DNA of 64,000 nt from an uncultured virus (IMG/VR IMGVR_UViG_2731957969_000006) (taxonomy: Duplodnaviria > Heunggongvirae > Uroviricota > Caudoviricetes). Both the position numbers and the translations under genes were made by a program. This document shows, piece by piece, positions 50,657 through 58,769 of this stretch. The stretch lies in the IMG/VR virus record IMGVR_UViG_2731957969_000006, one strand, 5' to 3'. The notes beneath the pieces were generated by a model, which saw only the letters and a list, made by a program, of their open reading frames with translations, was not told the origin of the DNA and did not search any database. Within the stretch, counting starts at the first letter, position 1; each line of letters starts with the position of its first letter.

Positions 50657-50935
50657 TTATGCACTCAATCTCATATTGTTCTCTGCCACAGAATCGTAAC
50701 CGAGATTGTATGCCTCAAAAGCATCTTTATGGCGTACTGTGCCTGCTTGACTGTCCGAAGTATATGCTAGAACAGAGTCATTTTTTGCTTTTGGTGCTCC
50801 AATGAGAGCGTGATGCCGACCTAATTCATATGCGCATCCAGCACATTTATGTCTTCCAGTCTGTCCTTGATTTTCAGACAGATAAGTAAATAAATGGTCG
50901 TATCGGTGAGCGTGTTTACAGATATTTTTGTTCAT
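50657..50935 (-). CDS. 92-aa Cys/His protein with internal repeat
   Basis: QGQTGRHKCAGCAYELG versus QAGTVRHKDAFEAYNLG. Confidence 0.75.
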   Translation of the reverse strand: MNKNICKHAHRYDHLFTYLSENQGQTGRHKCAGCAYELGRHHALIGAPKAKNDSVLAYTSDSQAGTVRHKDAFEAYNLGYDSVAENNMRLSA

Positions 50936-51107
50936 AGTTTAAAACCCTGTATGAATTTCAGGGCTTTACACTGATCACCGGGTAAACTAGACTGTGAAGG
51001 TGATCAAATGTAGCACCCTGCAGTTTTGTCATGCCTTTTTGTAGCTCGATACTACATAGAGGCGCTCCTATATCTAGTGCGTTCTCTTCCACAAGAACAC
51101 AAGATAT
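50936..51107 (-). ncRNA. Candidate structured 5' leader RNA (at least four hairpins)
   Basis: Stems at 50941-50967, 50967-51012, 51033-51063 and 51078-51101. Confidence 0.5.
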
Positions 51108-51113
51108 TCGGTC

Positions 51114-51143
51114 ATTATAACTGACTGAGTAAAAAAAGATCAA
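51114..51143 (-). promoter_or_regulatory. sigma70 promoter for the leader and the 92-aa gene
   Basis: TTGATC-N18-TATAAT on the minus strand. Confidence 0.65.
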
Positions 51144-51207
51144 TCAAATGATCAACTTATGAGTATTTCAAGAAACCCTGCCATTTGGTGGGGTTTTTTC
51201 GTATGTA

Positions 51208-51588
51208 CAGAAAGTTTTATCACGTTGAGGCTCGCGGTCAGTAAATGAGGGTAATAGTGTGGATTACTCATCAATAGCTGCAGGGTTTAAGGGATTATTA
51301 CAGAGCACAAACAAAAGTCGTGTTTCTTGCTGTGATGATGGGATAATCATTGATTCAGCGGTTAGCCAATTAATAAAAGTAGGAAGAAAAGATGAATACG
51401 ATTTGATAGAAAAACACTATATAAAGAATATTTCAAAATCAGTAATCGCAAGGGATATGAAGTGTTCAGAGGGTAAAATTAGACAAAAACTCATGATAGC
51501 TGAAACCTTTATTGATGCTTGTTTAATTATGACTGGTGCAGTTTTAGAAATGGATGAATGGGCAAATAAAACAACAATTGATAGTTAA
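51208..51588 (+). pseudogene. Second antiterminator Q, 5'-decayed
   Basis: QKVLSR*GSR..VDYSSIAAGFKG..CCDDG aligns to 46659; the Trp codon has become TGA. Confidence 0.8.
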
Positions 51589-51691
51589 ATGCTTTTCGTT
51601 ACGAATTTTAGGTGTTAATGTGATAAGAGTGAATACGTTGTCACCTAATTTACAAAATGAGGCCATATTTATTTATCGTGGCCTCATGTTA

Positions 51692-52081
51692 TTATGCTTT
51701 TATTTTAAAAGAAAATGCCTTTATATTTCCAACCATGCAGAATACGTCAACATTGGTTCTGGAAAGATCATCTTCATTCACAAAGATTTCTCCCAAAAGC
51801 TCAATTAATTTTGTACGGATATCTTCTAATAGTGACTCTTTGTCATTCCCAGAAAAAAGCGATTGCCAGTATAGTACGGTATTTACATTTCCTATTTTTA
51901 TTAAATGATTGCTATCATCTTCTAGATATTTACTGATTAATTTGTCAATTTTATATCTATCACCCTCGATGTCGTACGATATAATTACGTGGTTATAATC
52001 ATTGTAGGGGAATTCTCTACATAAAAACTCACCAGGCGTCCATAAGTCATCTGGTAGTGCGACTTCTTTTATTCTATTCAT
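51692..52081 (-). CDS. Hypothetical moron protein with a Cas2/VapD-like IISYDI motif
   Basis: AGGA SD; antisense to the late operon; AT-rich. Confidence 0.65.
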   Translation of the reverse strand: MNRIKEVALPDDLWTPGEFLCREFPYNDYNHVIISYDIEGDRYKIDKLISKYLEDDSNHLIKIGNVNTVLYWQSLFSGNDKESLLEDIRTKLIELLGEIFVNEDDLSRTNVDVFCMVGNIKAFSFKIKA

Positions 52082-52290
52082 AAAACATAATCCTGTATGG
52101 TAATTATGGGATATTTAACACACCAAAACTGGCTAATCAAAAGCGCAGGATAAAATTAAATATCATAAGTTAATCAACCATTCCTTTGATAAATCATATA
52201 GGAATGTTTCATTAGATTAACTTAAGTTTCATGTTGAAATATTTAACTCACTCACATTAATCATCAACGGACACTCCGTAGGGGGTGTAT

Positions 52291-52560
52291 ATGCGCATGG
52301 ACAAATTAACCAATGCTACCTACGGAACAGCTGGCTTAACTGCCTTTTTTGCAAGTCTCTCATTGTATGAATGGGGCTTTGTAATAGGGATGGGATTTAG
52401 CATGCTTCTTGGATTAGCAACTTATCTGATGACACGGCGAGAACAGCGAAAACGAACAGCGTTATTTGCTGAATTAGTTCATCGAAATTGTTCTAGTGAT
52501 CCGCAAGACATAGAAAAGATAGTCGGTGAGATGCTGACTAAAGCTAAAAAGGACATCTAA
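52291..52560 (+). CDS. Holin, dual start
   Basis: Two aa differences from 14912. Confidence 0.85.
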   Translation: MRMDKLTNATYGTAGLTAFFASLSLYEWGFVIGMGFSMLLGLATYLMTRREQRKRTALFAELVHRNCSSDPQDIEKIVGEMLTKAKKDI

Positions 52561-53030
52561 TGAACCTAAAACAAAAAGTGACAGCTGTTGCGAGTGCTGG
52601 CGCTGTAAGTATTGCACTAACAGTGATTGGCTATTTTGAGGGCGTGCGTTATGAACCTTACCGCGATGTTGCTGGAATTCTGACGGTTTGTTATGGACAC
52701 ACTGGAAACGACATCATTCAAGGTAAGACCTATACACAACAAGAGTGTGACGAGTTACTGCAGAAAGACTTTATCAGAACGCAACAGCAAGTCGATATCC
52801 TGGTTAAAGTGCCGGTCGATGATAAAACAAAAGCTTCTCTATATTCATTCGCTTTCAATGTCGGTACCACAGCTTTTGCACGTTCTACATTGCTAAAGAA
52901 ATTAAATGCTGGTGATCAGAATGGCGCTTGTGAAGAAATGAAACGCTGGGTTTATGCAGGTGGAAAAGTATGGCGAGGGTTAGTCAGTCGTAGAGAGGCG
53001 GAGTCAGCACTATGTCATGGAAATCTTTAA
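52560..53030 (+). CDS. SAR endolysin
   Basis: Near-identical to 15181. Confidence 0.93.
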   Translation: MNLKQKVTAVASAGAVSIALTVIGYFEGVRYEPYRDVAGILTVCYGHTGNDIIQGKTYTQQECDELLQKDFIRTQQQVDILVKVPVDDKTKASLYSFAFNVGTTAFARSTLLKKLNAGDQNGACEEMKRWVYAGGKVWRGLVSRREAESALCHGNL

Positions 53031-53170
53031 TCATCATTATCAGCTTTATCCTCGTATTGCTCATTACAGTCGCTGGTGGAATCTATCTCTCAATTGATAA
53101 TTCATGTACTAAAGACCAAGTTAGTTTAGAAAAGCGCTGTCAGATTGCTCTCTCACATCATCGGTACTAA
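53012..53170 (+). CDS. 52-aa single-TM lysis-cassette protein (not in ORF track)
   Basis: MSWKSLIIIISFILVLLITVAGGIYLSIDNSCTKDQVSLEKRCQIALSHHRY. Confidence 0.7.
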   Translation: MSWKSLIIIISFILVLLITVAGGIYLSIDNSCTKDQVSLEKRCQIALSHHRY

Positions 53171-53172
53171 TT

Positions 53173-53634
53173 ATGAAGTATTGGAAATTTTACATTGTCG
53201 TTGTGATAGTGGGGATTGTTGCTGGTGGTTGCGTGCTGATTAATGCACAAGCGAAAAGAATTAACACGCTGATAGAAAACAACAAAAAACTTACCGCTAT
53301 GCTCGAAGAGCAGAAAGCTATCAATACTGACTATCAAGTGCGCATAGAGCGACTAAATCAACTTGATACAAGGCATATTCAGGAGCTTGTTAATGCAAAG
53401 AATGAAATTAGTCGCTTGCGTGATATTAGTGAGCGTAATCCTAAGCGGGTGTACATCAAAGCCGAGTGTCCAAAGAGCATCAGTAATCCCACCACCAGCA
53501 TGGATGATGCAACCACCGCCAGACCTACTGACACCGCTATCAGAAATTATTGGTTACTCCGAGAGCGAATTGCACAGTCAGAGCAAATAATTAAAGGGTT
53601 GCAAGATTACATTAGAGAGGAGTGTGTTCAATGA
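53173..53634 (+). CDS. i-spanin (Rz)
   Basis: Near-identical to 15794. Confidence 0.9.
   Translation: MKYWKFYIVVVIVGIVAGGCVLINAQAKRINTLIENNKKLTAMLEEQKAINTDYQVRIERLNQLDTRHIQELVNAKNEISRLRDISERNPKRVYIKAECPKSISNPTTSMDDATTARPTDTAIRNYWLLRERIAQSEQIIKGLQDYIREECVQ
53402..53590 (+). CDS. o-spanin (Rz1)
   Basis: Lipobox LSGC; nested frame. Confidence 0.88.
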   Translation: MKLVACVILVSVILSGCTSKPSVQRASVIPPPAWMMQPPPDLLTPLSEIIGYSESELHSQSK

Positions 53635-53653
53635 ATGAAAATAAAGTATTAGG

Positions 53654-54358
53654 CTAAATAGATCTATAGGACTCTAGTGATACATCTCTAATAGAATTAT
53701 CATTATCGTCAGATATGAAGTTTTTCAGTGTAGTAAGTGCCGGATAAGAAATATTAATCGCATATTTAGCCGCATCTTCATCTACGGAAGCTCCATGGGC
53801 TGCCTGATTACCTAAAATTATAAGCTCAGTTAGTATAGATACAAGGTTAGATGGTATCTCATTACTTCTTGCAAGAAGTTCAATTTTGCGTCTTAATGCT
53901 AATCCATTCCTTCCCTTTTGGGAAAAATATTCAAATGGAATTCTATTTATAAGTTGCTCTATCTCAATTCTAATTGCAACCAACGTAAGAGCGGGTTTTA
54001 TTTTAACTATATCCTCGAAGTATGAATATTCTTGAGGTTTTTCTTGGGGAGTAGGAGATTGTTGTTCTTCAGTTGTTGTTCCTAGTGCTTTTTGAATCTC
54101 AGTTAGTGTGATTTTTAATCCACCCAAACTTCCAATCTCTATTGTATTTATATATGGGCGAATTATCGGAAGTAACCAACTCATTAACCAAGGAAGAAAA
54201 GCTATAATTATTAGAATGATAGTTATCAAATCAATATTAAGATCTTTTATAAAAATATGAAGTATCGCTAATAGGGAAAAAATTGCTGTTAGCGTTGTTG
54301 GTATTACTTTATTTTCCATAAAATATTTCCATTCCAAAATAAATAGATAATTAATCAT
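53654..54358 (-). CDS. Membrane protein with C-terminal HEPN/DUF4145-like domain
   Basis: Two N-terminal TMs; IRIEIE..LGNQAAHG; true start may be the MENK Met. Confidence 0.65.
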   Translation of the reverse strand: MINYLFILEWKYFMENKVIPTTLTAIFSLLAILHIFIKDLNIDLITIILIIIAFLPWLMSWLLPIIRPYINTIEIGSLGGLKITLTEIQKALGTTTEEQQSPTPQEKPQEYSYFEDIVKIKPALTLVAIRIEIEQLINRIPFEYFSQKGRNGLALRRKIELLARSNEIPSNLVSILTELIILGNQAAHGASVDEDAAKYAINISYPALTTLKNFISDDNDNSIRDVSLESYRSI

Positions 54359-54614
54359 ATATTACTAAATATTAGAATACTAAAATACTAGTATTTTTAT
54401 ATTTTTATATTTTTGTATGGAGAGGAAATGATAGATATTGCTTTATTCTGAATATAATATCTATTTTTGACATTGATATTGATGTGGTTTTACATAAAAC
54501 ACTAGAATAATATTCCATATATATCAATTAATTGTTGAAGGTTATTAAAAAATACGAGAGAGTATAATCTTGTATATAATTTAGTTATTTGATAATAACG
54601 TAGCCGAGGTTTAT

Positions 54615-55031
54615 ATGAGTGGTGGTGATTGGCTCTCAGGTATATCAATCTTTGCATCGGTAGTAAGCGCTATTGGTACGGCAATTACTGCGTATATTGC
54701 GTACAGGGCGTTAAATGCATGGGTGCCAGAAAGAGAAGTTAGATATAGAGATGCTTTTATTACATCTATTCTTCATTATAAAGCATGTGTTAAGAGTTTA
54801 CCTCAGTATATAGATGAAAAAAATCATTCAGAACTGTTAGATGAGTTATCACAAGCAAAATTAGAGTGTGATAAAAACTGGTGTTTTGTTGATTACAGAA
54901 AGAATAAGTCATTATTCAATTGCTATACTCGTATTAATTCACATCATGTGATGGTTATGGGATTTCAAATTGAACAGAATGAATTGTTAGATTGCTGTTA
55001 TGAAATGATTAGTTTATTACTAGATGAATAA
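54615..55031 (+). CDS. N-terminally anchored hypothetical moron protein
   Basis: GAGG SD; TM then AL..W motif; TATAAT upstream. Confidence 0.7.
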   Translation: MSGGDWLSGISIFASVVSAIGTAITAYIAYRALNAWVPEREVRYRDAFITSILHYKACVKSLPQYIDEKNHSELLDELSQAKLECDKNWCFVDYRKNKSLFNCYTRINSHHVMVMGFQIEQNELLDCCYEMISLLLDE

Positions 55032-55087
55032 CAAATAAGTCATATCTATATATTAAATAAACAAGAAAAAAACAATTAGTTAATTCA

Positions 55088-55160
55088 AAAGGTACTCCCA
55101 GCGGGGTACCCTCTCCACGGGGCGACGCGCACGCGGGAAACGGCGCATTTTTCAATTTTT
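55088..55160 (+). other. Putative lambda-type cos region
   Basis: GC island AGGTACTCCC..GGGGCGACGCGCACGCGGGAAAC upstream of the terminase genes. Confidence 0.55.
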
Positions 55161-55338
55161 ATCGGTCGTCACCACCAGTGTAATTATTTGATAAATATAT
55201 GTTAAAAAAATAACAGTGATGAATTTGTTTGTTTTTCGTTCATCACTAACTCAAGCTTTTAACTCTCACTTTTATTGTTTTACATCTCATTTCACTGCGC
55301 ATTCACAGCGCAATCACTAAAACGTCGGATCCAATCAC

Positions 55339-55423
55339 TTTGATATGAGCCTTCGAGGAAGTCAGTTATGGCTGGCGAGCTTCGACGGGCTGATTTTCTA
55401 TGTGAACGAGGGTTCATTTCAAA
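55339..55423 (+). ncRNA. Structured leader upstream of the KilA-N gene
   Basis: 17-bp outer stem, 12-bp inner stem, apical mini-hairpin. Confidence 0.5.
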
Positions 55424-55438
55424 TGTAGGAAATACGTT

Positions 55439-55951
55439 ATGCAATATCCAAGAGTCAGTATTAATGGTGTATCTGTCCGTGTTGATAGTGAGGGTAGATA
55501 TAACTTAAATGATCTGCATGCGGCTGCTGTTGCGGATGGTAAAGCAACGGAATCACAAAGACCCGGTGCATTTTTGAAAAGTCGTCAAGTAAAGCGGTTT
55601 GTTCAAGCTTTAAGCGATGCAACAAAAAGTGCATCGGTTAAAGTGATTAAAGGTGGACTTAATCAGGGAACTTGGGCTTTAGAGTTAGTTGTTATTCGGT
55701 ATGCAGCTTGGTTAAAGCCTGAGTTTGAAATTCTTGTCTACAACACGTTTAAAGATGCGACGAGAAAAGGTTTAGATGTTATGTCTAAATTGAACAAGCT
55801 AGATCATGTCATTAATGCGGAAACTAAAAACGTCAGTCACTGTGCAAGGACAATGGCTAATTGGGGAGTTGGTGGTAGAAAACAATTACTGCTAATGGCA
55901 AGAGAGCGAATTATTGATGAAGCTCAAATCTATCTTCCGGGAGTGGAATAA
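55439..55951 (+). CDS. KilA-N domain protein
   Basis: GRYNLNDLH..QGTW..RYAAWLKPEFE. Confidence 0.85.
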   Translation: MQYPRVSINGVSVRVDSEGRYNLNDLHAAAVADGKATESQRPGAFLKSRQVKRFVQALSDATKSASVKVIKGGLNQGTWALELVVIRYAAWLKPEFEILVYNTFKDATRKGLDVMSKLNKLDHVINAETKNVSHCARTMANWGVGGRKQLLLMARERIIDEAQIYLPGVE

Positions 55952-55963
55952 AACAAATGAAAT

Positions 55964-56458
55964 ATGGACAAAGAACTCAAACACTTAAAGCTCAATATCA
56001 GCCAGATAGCAGCACTTTCTGGCGTCCATCGACAAACTGCTTCCGCCCGTCTTAATCATTTAGAGCCTGTTGCAGGCAATAGCTCAAATCTAAAACTCTA
56101 CGCACTCACTGATATTTTATCTGAAATGATGAAGGCGCCAGTCCCTGTCGAAAATCAGGAAATGCTACCTCAAGATCGGAAGGCGTGGTATCAGTCTGAG
56201 CGGGAGCGTTTGAAGTTTGAACAAGAAGTGGGGGAGTTATTGTCTGCCTCAGAGGTTGCACGAGAATATTCAGCACTGGCTAAAGCGATGGTGCAAGTGC
56301 TGGAAACGTTACCTGACATATTAGAACGTGATTGCGCGTTAACACCGACAGCTGTATCTCGCGTACAAGGTATTATTGATGATCTCCGCGACCAGATAGC
56401 ACATCAAGTTTTAAGTGATAACTCGGATGATGAAGAGAGCGATGAGGATGAGTTATGA
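55964..56458 (+). CDS. Terminase small subunit (DUF1441)
   Basis: LNISQIAALSGVHRQT HTH; DRKAWYQSERERLK. Confidence 0.85.
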   Translation: MDKELKHLKLNISQIAALSGVHRQTASARLNHLEPVAGNSSNLKLYALTDILSEMMKAPVPVENQEMLPQDRKAWYQSERERLKFEQEVGELLSASEVAREYSALAKAMVQVLETLPDILERDCALTPTAVSRVQGIIDDLRDQIAHQVLSDNSDDEESDEDEL

Positions 56459-58557
56459 CAGCAACAGTGTCAGCAACCACATTAAGAAAAAATGTGGCTC
56501 AACTCATTAAAGCACCGAGGCGAATGCCAGTTGCGGATGCTGTGGCAAAATATATGCGTGTACCTGTGGGAGCGGGTAACTCGGTTCCTTGGGATCCGGC
56601 AGTATCCCCTTACATTGTTGAACCTATGAATTGTTTATCGTCACGGCTCTATGACGCAGTGATATTTGTGGGTCCTGCAAGAACAGGAAAGACGGTCGGG
56701 TTAATTGATGGCTGGGTGATTTACAATATTGTGTGCGATCCTTCTGATATGTTGCTGGTGCAAATGACGCAAGATAAAGCACAAGAGCACAGTAAAAAAC
56801 GGCTTTCTCGCACCTTTCGTTGCAGTCCTGAAGTCAGCAAACAACTCAGCCCTCGTCGTAACGATAACAACGTGTTTGATAAATACTTTTTATCGGGCAG
56901 TTTTTTAAAAATGGGGTGGCCATCGATTAATGTGATGTCCTCATCTGACTTTAAGTGTGTGGCACTCACCGACTATGACCGTTTCCCTGAAGATATCGAC
57001 GGTGAAGGAGATGGCTTTTCTTTAGCCTCAAAACGGACAACCACCTTTATGTCTGCGGGTATGACGCTGGTAGAAAGCTCTCCGGGGCGTGATATTACTG
57101 ATACTAAATGGCGTCGTTTGTCTCCTCACGAAGCTCCGCCCACAACGGGTATTTTATCACTTTATAATCGGGGTGACCGCCGTCGCTGGTACTGGCAATG
57201 TCCTCACTGCCACGAATATTTTCAGCCTATTTATGATGCGGTAAAAGGATATCGTGACAAGTCAGATCCCGTAGAAGCAAGTGAATCTGCGTATGTGGAG
57301 TGTCAGCACTGTTTAGGTCGTATCGAACCCCATCAAAAACGGGAGCTCAATAATAAAGGGGTGTGGTTGATTGAAGGACAGTCCATTGATAAGCAAGGAA
57401 GGATATCAGGTACTGGACGCCGTTCGCGTATTGCCTCTTTTTGGATGGAAGGCCCTGCTGCAGCTTATCAAACGTTGTCTCAGTTAGTTTATAAGTTACT
57501 AACTGCAGAACAAGAATACGAATTAACCGGCAGTGAAGAAACCCTAAAAGCGGTCACCAATACAGACTGGGGCTTGCCTTATTTACCGCGCACAGCACAA
57601 GAACAACGCCGGAGCGATGAACTGATTAATCGTGTTGAAAGTTGGGATGAGTCAGTGGTACCAGAAGGCGTGCGGTTCTTGGTTGCCACGGTTGACGTGC
57701 AAGGCGGTAAAAAACGTCGCTTTGTGGTGCAAGTGGTCGGTTACGGTGAAAAAGGCGAACGCTGGGTGATTGACCGCTTTGAAATCACTCAATCCCTACG
57801 TTATGGCAATAACGGTGAGTGCCGGCGAATTGATCCGGGCTCTTACCCTGAGGACTGGCAAGTATTAATCACCGATGTATTAGAGAAAACCTACCCATTA
57901 CAGCACTATCCTCACCATGAGATGGGGATCATGATGTTGGGGGTAGACTCCGGTGGTGAAGATGGCGTTACTGATAATGCCTATAAATTTTGGCGTCGCT
58001 GTCGAAAAGAGGGACTGCATCGTAAAGTCTATCTCTTTAAGGGTGACGGGCATAAACGCAGTAAGTTAATCACCAAGTCATTCCCCGATAACACCAGTCG
58101 TTCTGAACGGCGCGCCCAAGCCAAAGGGGATGTGCCTCTTTATTTACTGCAAACTGACCAACTTAAGGACCGGATCAGTTCTGCGTTATCGCGCGATACC
58201 GTAGGGCCTAACTATATCCATTTCCCTGATTGGTTGGATGAATCGTTCTATAACGAGTTGACGTATGAAGAGCGTGATGAAAAAGGGCATTGGGAAAAAC
58301 CGGGTCGAGGCGCTAATGAGGCATTTGACCTAATGGTTTACGCCCATGCCTTGGTGATATTAAAGGGGTATGAAGGGATCAATTGGGAAAAACCGCCTAA
58401 ATGGGCAAGGTTACCTGATGTGACACTTTCCTCATCCTCGCCAATTACCGATATTGCCACAGAGCCTGAAATAAAACCCTCACCCGAAACCCCAAAACAG
58501 GAAACGCCTGCGGTATCAGCATGGGCACCGGTATCAAACAGCGGAGGCTGGATATGA
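56455..58557 (+). CDS. Terminase large subunit GpA
   Basis: GPARTGKT, CPHC, TVDVQG, NEAFDL. Confidence 0.93.
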   Translation: MTATVSATTLRKNVAQLIKAPRRMPVADAVAKYMRVPVGAGNSVPWDPAVSPYIVEPMNCLSSRLYDAVIFVGPARTGKTVGLIDGWVIYNIVCDPSDMLLVQMTQDKAQEHSKKRLSRTFRCSPEVSKQLSPRRNDNNVFDKYFLSGSFLKMGWPSINVMSSSDFKCVALTDYDRFPEDIDGEGDGFSLASKRTTTFMSAGMTLVESSPGRDITDTKWRRLSPHEAPPTTGILSLYNRGDRRRWYWQCPHCHEYFQPIYDAVKGYRDKSDPVEASESAYVECQHCLGRIEPHQKRELNNKGVWLIEGQSIDKQGRISGTGRRSRIASFWMEGPAAAYQTLSQLVYKLLTAEQEYELTGSEETLKAVTNTDWGLPYLPRTAQEQRRSDELINRVESWDESVVPEGVRFLVATVDVQGGKKRRFVVQVVGYGEKGERWVIDRFEITQSLRYGNNGECRRIDPGSYPEDWQVLITDVLEKTYPLQHYPHHEMGIMMLGVDSGGEDGVTDNAYKFWRRCRKEGLHRKVYLFKGDGHKRSKLITKSFPDNTSRSERRAQAKGDVPLYLLQTDQLKDRISSALSRDTVGPNYIHFPDWLDESFYNELTYEERDEKGHWEKPGRGANEAFDLMVYAHALVILKGYEGINWEKPPKWARLPDVTLSSSSPITDIATEPEIKPSPETPKQETPAVSAWAPVSNSGGWI

Positions 58558-58769
58558 CGAAAGAAGAAATTGAACACATGATTGAGCAATACCGTTTAGC
58601 GGAAGAGGCGGTATTAAAAGGCAAATCCATCACTTTTAATGGACAAGCCATGACAATGGAAAATCTCAACGAGATCATAAAAGGTCGTGAGCGTTGGGAA
58701 TCTCGTTTGTCGGCATTGATATCGAGAAAACGAGGCAATCCAATGTATAAACTTGCGAGGTTTAGATGA
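58554..58769 (+). CDS. gpW-like head completion protein
   Basis: AEEAVLKGKSITFNG; between GpA and portal. Confidence 0.75.
   Translation: MTKEEIEHMIEQYRLAEEAVLKGKSITFNGQAMTMENLNEIIKGRERWESRLSALISRKRGNPMYKLARFR

Noticed and set aside
50958..51143. 61-aa ORF upstream of the 92-aa gene
   Set aside because: It starts inside the -35 box of the predicted promoter and has no SD; the region is better explained as a structured leader
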